A stretch of 64,000 nt of DNA, from assembly GCF_009914755.1 (NCBI RefSeq), contig NC_060939.1, one strand, 5' to 3'. This DNA comes from the human T2T-CHM13v2.0 reference genome, Homo sapiens. The notes below the pieces were generated by a model, which was given only the letters and a program-made list of their open reading frames with translations, was not told the origin of the DNA and did no database searches. The position numbers were made by a program, and so were the translations under genes. Shown one piece after another: positions 55,261-64,000 of this stretch; position 1 is the stretch's first letter; each line of letters opens with the position of its first letter.

Positions 55261-55812
55261 GTTTTACCAGTGGAGGGTCTTGACTACAAGTCAGCCAGAT
55301 TCTTGGCATTTTGAGCAAAGAATTGGACAAAATGCACACACACAAACAATGAAAGAATGAAGCCAAAAACACAAATTTATCGAAATGAAAGTACACTCCA
55401 CAGAGTGGGAGTGGGCTTGAGCAAGCAGCTTGAGCACTGGTTACAGAATTTTCTGGGGTTTAAATACCCTCTAGAAATTTCCCATGGGTTACTTGGTTTA
55501 CACTCTGTAAATGAAGTAGTGGCCCATGACCAGTTTGATTGGTTGCAGAAGGTGACCAATCAAAGGATGAAATGAAGTTACAAAGTTATACCCTGCGCAG
55601 ACGTCTGATTGGTTGTGGGAGGGGACCAATCAGAGGTACTTTCCATTTTTAATCTGTGAGTCAGAAAAGGGGAGGAGGTTGCAAAGGGAGTAACCCCTGT
55701 ACTTTTGTTACTTGGGCATGGAAGGCTGGGGTTTTTCTTTTGATTTAGTTCTAGGAAGTCAATGTGAATTGGCCTTAGGTTCCCTGCCTCCAGACCCTAT
55801 TCTGCTACCTTA
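55261..55812 (-). mobile_element. MER51-like ERV1 solo LTR
   Basis: Minus strand near its start reads gaatagggtctggaggcagggaacctaaggcc; paired CCAAT boxes. Confidence 0.78.
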
Positions 55813-55813
55813 G

Positions 55814-56909
<1,096 letters not shown>

Positions 56910-57350
56910 TGCTTCTGATTTTTATGTAGACGCTGGTTGTTGAATTTCTAGCATCTAGCCTCCACCTGGATTATATTAGCTTGCTCAGTTAAGATTCACA
57001 GAATAGATTATGGAAGTTCAGTTTTGCCCTTTTTTTGGGCAGCTGGAAATCCTGGACTAGAAGACCAACCAGTATCCTGTGCTCATTCATGTCACCCTGT
57101 ATGCCTGCAGCAGAAGAGTTAAATCACTTTTAAGGCTGTACTCTCTCAAGGGAGAATTAAGCTGTTAGTTTATTGGACACATTCCTTTAGCGTACACATT
57201 TGAGGTAGATTAAGCACAATAAATTGTAACAGTGGCATTTAGTGGAAATAGGAAAGTGTTTATCAGGGAGTAGCTTTAATAAATTTTCATTAAGTTAGCT
57301 GTTAAGGAAAACCAAACCATCTAAAGTCTTATGAGAATAGGTTTTCTTCA

Positions 57351-57472
57351 ATACCTAACGTAGATGACTGGTTGATGGTTGCAGAAAACCACCATGGCAC
57401 GTGTATACCTAGGTAACAAACCTGCATGTTCTATACATGTATCCCAGAACTTAAAGTGTAAAAAAAAAAAAT
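57351..57472 (+). mobile_element. Very short 5'-truncated L1PA insertion
   Basis: L1PA 3' end with poly(A); 15-bp TSD aataggttttcttca at 57336-57350 and 57473-57487. Confidence 0.9.
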
Positions 57473-57859
57473 AATAGGTTTTCTTCACCAAGGGAACTGT
57501 TATTTTTTTTAAAAAACATTTTTTCAACTGATCATAAAAATAATACGTGTAATTTACATGTGATATGTGTTAATACATGTAATTCTTTTAATAATACTGA
57601 TAGTTTCATAAACATTTAATTTCCTAGGTTACTCATTGTTCATCATAACATGATGGTTAAAAATCGAGACCTACATGACTTTATTAGCCAGTGGACACTG
57701 ATCAGAACTTTTTCTTTGTTTTAAATAACGTAACAGTTATTTGTTTAGGTTGGCCGATGGGTGTTAGGAAACAGGAAGCCTCTACTGATTTACTTACACA
57801 AGCTTAGATAAGCAGAAAAATGCTTCCCTCTGCTTGATACAAAAGGATTTCCCGCCATC

Positions 57860-58340
57860 AGAAATAATCCAAGTTAAAAATGGACAAAAGATCTGAATAG
57901 ACATTTCTCAAAAGAAGACAAATAAATGGCCAACAGGTATATGAAAAAATTCCCGACATCAGTAGTGATCAGGGCAATGCATATCAAAAGTACAGTGAGC
58001 TATCATCTCACCCCAATTAAAATGGCTTTTATCAAAGAGATAGGCAATAACAAATGCTGGAAAGGATGTAGAGAAAGGGGAACCCTCATATACTGTGGGT
58101 AGGAATGTAAATTAGTACAGCCACTATGGAGAACAATAAAAAAACTAAAAATAGAACTACCATATGATCCAGCAGTCTCACTACTGAGTATTTACCCAAA
58201 AGAAAGGGAATCAGTGTATCCACCTAAGTGTCCATCAGTGGATGAATGGATAAAGAAAATGTGGTATGTATACACAATGGAATACTATTCAGCCATAAAA
58301 AAAGAGTGAAATCCCATAATTTGCAACAGTATGGATAGAA
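57860..58340 (+). mobile_element. L1MA-type fragment
   Basis: aaagatctgaatagacatttctcaaaagaagac ... gatgaatggataaagaaaatgtggta. Confidence 0.88.
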
Positions 58341-59261
58341 CTCCCTGAACTGGGAGTTGCCTGAGCTGCTTATTCTAGCAAGGCATACAGATGGTAACAA
58401 CTTTGCCAGAGCTTTAAATCAGTGTGGTTAGGCTCATAGGTGACAAGTTTGACAGTGAGACACTGACAATGAGTAATAATAGTAGTTGTCGTATTGTTTT
58501 TATTTGATTGGATTGGAAATAATCCTTTTCCTGAACAGTTTTTGGGGATCAGGAGTGTTGGGAACAAAGAGGCTGATTTAACAATAGGTTTAGCATGGTG
58601 ACAAATGAAGAATCTTTAACAGTTCCTGGCTTCATAGAAAAAGTGATGATGGATTTAAAAAATATTTGGTTTGTATCAAGAGACATTATGGATAAATTAT
58701 CACGAAGATTAATCAGATTTGCCCTGCTTCTATTCGAACTGACTTCCATGGTGGGGAATTTAGCCGAGAGCTCCAGGAACTGTTGGGATTTTGGAGTAAG
58801 ACATGGAAGATTATACATATTCAGCTATAAGAGTGAGAGCAATTTGAAAGAAAAAGCCAGAAATAAAAAGTAGAGATTTTTGTGAAGACATTTTAGAGCT
58901 ATAGGGTAATACATAATTATTTATTCACTCATTAAACCAGATAGTCAGCATTTCCTAGATCAGCACTGTGCCCTGCTCTAGGGAAGTGGGGTAGCTTAGA
59001 CAGAGCTTCTGTCCTGTTCTTGGTGTACTGAAGAAGTTACTCGTGACTCAACAAGGGTGTTATTGTGATATTATATCACATGAAGAAAATATTTGATGAA
59101 TGAATGATAGTTTGATAACATTGGAAAATGTTTATGATACAATCTCAAAAGAGTAAACACATGCATACTATGATTACAATTATTACTTTCTTAATGTAAA
59201 GCTTTAAAGTGGTATATTTATATTGAAATAATGAAAAATTCTGTATTTCTGTTTTAAAATA

Positions 59262-59430
59262 AGTCAGGCATGGTGGCTCACACCTGTAGTCCCAGCTACT
59301 TAGGAGACTGAGGTGGGAGGATTGCCTGAGCCCAGGAGTTCCAATTCAGCCAGGGCAACATAGCAAGACCCCATCTCTGAGGCGGGGGGAATATATATAT
59401 GTGTATATATATATATACATATATATAGTG
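59262..59430 (+). mobile_element. FLAM monomer followed by a (TA)n/(TG) microsatellite just upstream of exon 7
   Basis: Direct reading of the sequence. Confidence 0.8.
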
Positions 59431-59467
59431 AATATATAATAATGAAAATGTTTTGTTTTACCTATAG

Positions 59468-59518
59468 GCATTTTTTACACTTGCACGAGATATAATGACA
59501 AAACTCAACAGAAAAATG
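59468..59518 (+). CDS. RAB8B: RAB8B exon 7 (51 nt): AFFTLARDIMTKLNRKM
   Basis: Acceptor ttacctatag|GCA; weak donor ATG|gtttgt. Confidence 0.95.
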
Positions 59519-60302
59519 GTTTGTATCACTTATAATTTTTATTTCCATTATGCTGTCTGTTTGGCATTTGATGAAAAGGATAGGTCTAATTATAAGATAC
59601 TCAAATTAAACTCATTTTTTTCCTGACTCAGATACTCATTTGGTTGAACTCTGATTCTTAGTTCTGTTTGTTTAGGATTCTTATTTCTGAGCTGCCACTG
59701 TTTCAGTCCTTTCTTCTGGCTCTTTAAGTGATCTTTAATTGAATTTTGATGAGAATAATGAAAATAATAATGGCACAAATTCGATTTTTGCCATAAAATT
59801 ATTCAGTTTTCATGTGACAGGTATTTATATCTGCATAACTACGATTTTGAAGTTGCTAAAGTTTGCTTAAATTTGAAATCATTAAGACAACCTTGAAAGT
59901 TTGTTTTATCCTGAGTCCTGACTATAATTGCGTACCTTATACTACTAACTCTTCTTACCTCTAACAGAACTGTCTATGCCAGTATCTTAACATTGTTTCC
60001 ATCATTACCTTTGAAACTTTACACTCCATTGGAACTAGAAATAGAAGCTTCCTATTGAATACATTATTGATATAAAAGCTGCTATCGTAAGGGCATTTTC
60101 CTCTTTTCAATTCACCATTTCCAAAGAAAAAGACAACATTGGTGCTTAACTAGTTCCCGTTCTAATAAAATACTCTAGTGAATACACATTTCACTAGAAT
60201 ACACATTTCACATGGTATGGTTAGTTATTTTTATTTTTTAGGTAACTGAGGTCAAACCATGAAACTTTTATTTCCTTGGTAACTTCATCTTCTATTTTTT
60301 AG

Positions 60303-60395
60303 AATGACAGCAATTCAGCAGGAGCAGGTGGACCAGTGAAAATAACAGAAAACCGATCAAAGAAGACCAGTTTCTTTCGTTGCTCGCTACTTTGA
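60303..60395 (+). CDS. RAB8B: RAB8B exon 8 coding part: NDSNSAGAGGPVKITENRSKKTSFFRCSLL*, hypervariable tail plus CAAX (CSLL)
   Basis: Acceptor ttttttag|AAT; TGA at 60393-60395 followed by a second TGA. The C-terminal sequence identifies RAB8B rather than RAB8A. Exons 2-8 total 500 nt, consistent with a 207-aa protein if exon 1 carries 124 coding nt. Confidence 0.96.
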   Translation, partial: NDSNSAGAGGPVKITENRSKKTSFFRCSLL

Positions 60396-63300
60396 TGAAC
60401 TCTTTCTGAGAGACTGCAGCACACCTAGAGGGCCCTTTCCTGCTTCTCTGAAAGCACAGGTCACCCAGCCTCAGAATCACACCTCCCGGCTGCTGCTGAG
60501 AGCACCACTGAACTTAGACCTCTCAACACAGTATGCCAAGTGGATTCCAGCCTCATGGCCTAGCAAAAGAACAGACTCCCTTTTTCAAACATGGAAGCAA
60601 TGAAGTGGAGACACATGCAGGACCTAACTCGTTTTTTCCTTGTTTTATTACCTGTTGCAGAAGCGGTTATCTTTCTTTTTTACTTTGCACATCAGTGTTA
60701 GCCTTTCCCTATTTCAGCACAATCTTAGACTCATATTTGCACACTTTTGTGTCGTGAAGTTCTAGACAAATTTGTACATGTGGCAATGTTAAAAGAGCAT
60801 TTACAGCAGAGGTTAATATACTAAAATTAAAGGGTATTTGGTCTGGTTCATATGGTCAAATATTACTGCCTTGGTAGCATTTATTTAAGGGCTTTTTCTT
60901 AAATAAGAATCATTAAAGTCATTAAAAAAATTTACTGAAATGCCCATCTTGTCATCAAAGGCCACAATTTCTTTATTTCTTCAGATTAAGAGCTTTGCCT
61001 CATCCCCGACCTGTTTTCCAGAGTCTGGGTAGCTGAATGAATCACTTTAAAATGATTACCTCTGCCTAATCTATAGAAACTGCATTTGGAAATCACCATA
61101 ATCTCATTTTTCCCTGGGGTTTGTATTTGCTATTCTTTCCCATGTTTGACTTAAGTGTAATCACTCTTAAGTAATATTTGAACATTATTATCTGTTTCTA
61201 TTTGTGAACTTCTTGAGCTGAAATTTTACGTGGGCTGAGAGATATACCATTTAGGGTTTTAGTGCAGCATCTAACTGTGATTCTGTCAATAAGGATATGT
61301 AATATATTTTTTCTTAGGTTCACTCCTTAGCTGGCTGGTTTAGTTGTAATACCAAATTCCTACCATAATCCCTGTCTACAAAAGTTAGGTTTAGATTTTA
61401 GTTTGCGGAAACCTTCCCTATATAGAGACAGATTAACTTGTTGATATAAATTTAATAGAGCTAGCTCTTGGTAATGGTGAAAATAATGAGTTTTGGTTGG
61501 TTTTATTTGGCAGATGTTTTTAGAAATAAAAGTACTTAGACCTAGTGCAGCCTCTAGGAAAAGTCTTGCCTTTTCATTAGAGAAAACAGGACCAAGGTTT
61601 CAGTTTTCAAACAGCTGTTGTTGAATGTGTAGAACCCAGTTCCATCTGTTTTGGTTCATTGTTACAGAACTTAGTCCAGTCATTTGGGCTAAAGCCAACC
61701 AAAAGCTTAGTTGCCTTTCTCAACAAACACTGGTACTGGTATACTTTTGTAGATGAAACCATCACAAGGTATTTAGTGTTAACTTGTGTGCCAAATTCAG
61801 ATCACTATGTCGTTGTTGCTCTAGCCTTCAGTGTCATAACACAGGGGGGATAAAACAGAGGGGATGAGGGAAATGAATTCTGTTAATAATTATTCTTCCT
61901 GGTATGCCTGTTTTGCTTCACAAAGGCTACTATCATGCTGGATAGATAAGAACAGGAGATGGCAGTGGAAAGGGATTGCTTGTTACCACAGAGAATTCTC
62001 TTCAAATTAAGATATGTCATTAGAATGCTTGGACCAGTCAATCTTTTGTACTTATTTGAAAATATAGGAACAATTTAGCAGCTGCAAATATGCCCAAGCT
62101 ATTTTTAATAGATATACTAAACTTATTGTTGACAAATTTCAGCCTCCTTAATTTTTTTTTTTTTGGTAATTACCTATAGGCTTAAAAGTCATTCGTTGCT
62201 GTTCTAGTATAATTAGTAGTTCCGTGATTGAAAGTTTATTGTAATTCTACTATCTTCAAATTAGATACATTTTCAAAAGGAAAAGATAATTTTTTAGAAA
62301 CATCTTAATATTCACTATTTCCTGAAAAAATCCAAGCAGTTAACGCTTTCTGGATGGTAACAAAGTACCTTCTAAAAGATAAGTGCTATGACACCATGTA
62401 TGAATGTAATTCTCTTAGTAATTTACCTCTGACTATTTGGTGTCTTAACGCTTTGGTTTATATAATCTCAGGGGTTGTCTGCAAACCAAAACTGACATAT
62501 TCTGTGGTTAGCTTTTATTACTTTTTTTTTTAACAGAATGCTTTGCTTTGGTTATATTTCTTCTTTCTTCTTTTGTCTTATATGGATTAATAACTAGTCT
62601 CCATGAACTTCACTTGAAAGAGCCTGTAAAAGTTAGATGAGTCTAAAAGTGCTCTTTGAAGTAGCAGCAAATTGGGAGTATATGCTCTGTTATATAGAAA
62701 TAAATTGTCCTTGCTATTTTCTTACATTTAGCTTTGCTAGATTGTATATACATTGAGCTAAGACCTTAGGAAATTCACTTTCTGCATGATAAAATGACCC
62801 AATAAATATTCCACTTTGCTTAATAATGTACATACAGTGCATTATTTTTTCTATTTGTAGATGAATTTAATGACAGATAATTGTCTGTTCCCCGCTGAAA
62901 CTGAAGAAATCTAGTTTTTTTGTGAACATTTTTGTGGTCTTATGGATAAGGTACATGAAGATTTTTGCAGCAGTATTAGTGGTTCAGTGGCTGCACTTTA
63001 TTAATCAGTGTGTTAATTTTTGACAGTGATTGGACTAGACCTTTTCAAATAGAGTCTGAGGGTATCAGACAGTGAAAATGTGCTGTAACTAAGTAGCATG
63101 TAAATCAGTTGATTGTAAAACGTTTCGCTGGGAACTTATTTTAGCTATATTTTACTTCAGACAGATTATGATACAATAATCTACCTGTGCATCAGTTAGT
63201 AGGTGCTGCAGGGTTTCTTACTATTTACAGAAACATTTTGTGCAGTCTTTGTTATAAATTTTCAGAAGACTATACTCTTTACTTTGAAGGTCTATTTTTT

Positions 63301-64000
63301 AATTATACCTCATTTAGCTAACTAGTATTCTAATACCTGGTAGAAAAACAGTGAGCCAGCCTTTAAGCATCTAACAAAATTTAGACTCTTTGTTTTGTTT
63401 TGAACTGAAGACATCATTGGGAAAGGTAGGAAATATTAGTTTAGGATAGAGCATACATGTCATATCCAGTAGCATAAAAAAAGTATTATCTCCCTGTCTC
63501 CATTAATAAATTTAGCTGTGCAATATAGGTGCGTTTTTGCAGAAGTTTCTAGTAAGAGATTATAACTCCATTTTACAGGTTCTGAATGCTCAGAGTCTAT
63601 ATTAAGGCTTATAAAGTTTTTCCTGTGATCAGTAAGTGACACATTTAAGCAGACATTCTTTTCAAGTTCATGACTTAGATTCCTTTACAAATTTAGTTCT
63701 CAATCTTTAAAAACCACATTTCATTATGTTGGTTAATTATTATAAATTTTAAGCACTCATTTCTGCAATCAGGTTTCTCAGAATTTTTTTTTTTTAAACA
63801 GAAGAGACATTCCTTTTTCCTTGTTACATCCAAGGGGGGCACAGGGGTGGGTGGAAAGGAATGTCTAAAAATGAAATCCCTTGATATAGAGGGACCTAGA
63901 CGGACAGGATATGCTAAAATAATTTCAAATTCTAGCACAATTTTAGAGTAGAATAAGTCATTTTTTTAGACTAATAAAATTAATGGCTGTCATGTTCACT
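60396..64000 (+). other. RAB8B: RAB8B 3' UTR (probably continues past the window)
   Basis: Follows the stop codon; AT-rich and free of recognisable Alu/L1; AATAAA at 61525, 62699, 62801, 63505 and 63973. Confidence 0.85.

Noticed and set aside
58595-58873. 92-aa ATG-initiated ORF in intron 6
   Set aside because: No family recognised and no supporting gene structure

Overview
This is primate (apparently human) genomic DNA covering the 3' part of RAB8B on the + strand. It contains the last ~41.5 kb of intron 1, coding exons 2-8 (41533-60395, all GT-AG, encoding [28 protein letters not shown]...NKCD...ETSAK...FFRCSLL*) and at least 3.6 kb of 3' UTR. Exon 1 and the promoter lie upstream of the window. 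The introns are dense in interspersed repeats: about 35 Alu/FLAM copies including an AluYb8, L1, L2, MIR, MER41A, MER51, MER21, LTR33-like, Tigger3, Tigger4, MER1, Charlie4-like and MADE1. Most long ORFs in the supplied track are Alu/L1 artefacts. I see no convincing novel multi-gene system. The most unusual structures are (i) a ~360-bp non-Alu fold-back inverted duplication at 31844-32202, (ii) a tailless 33-nt U2 snRNA retrocopy with a 16-bp TSD inside an Alu, (iii) a strong recursive-splice-like AG|GTAAGA site in intron 1, (iv) a candidate upstream acceptor for exon 8 that would remove the CAAX box, and (v) several duplication/template-switch scars. Repeat family names come from my recall of consensus sequences, not a database search, and repeat boundaries are approximate.
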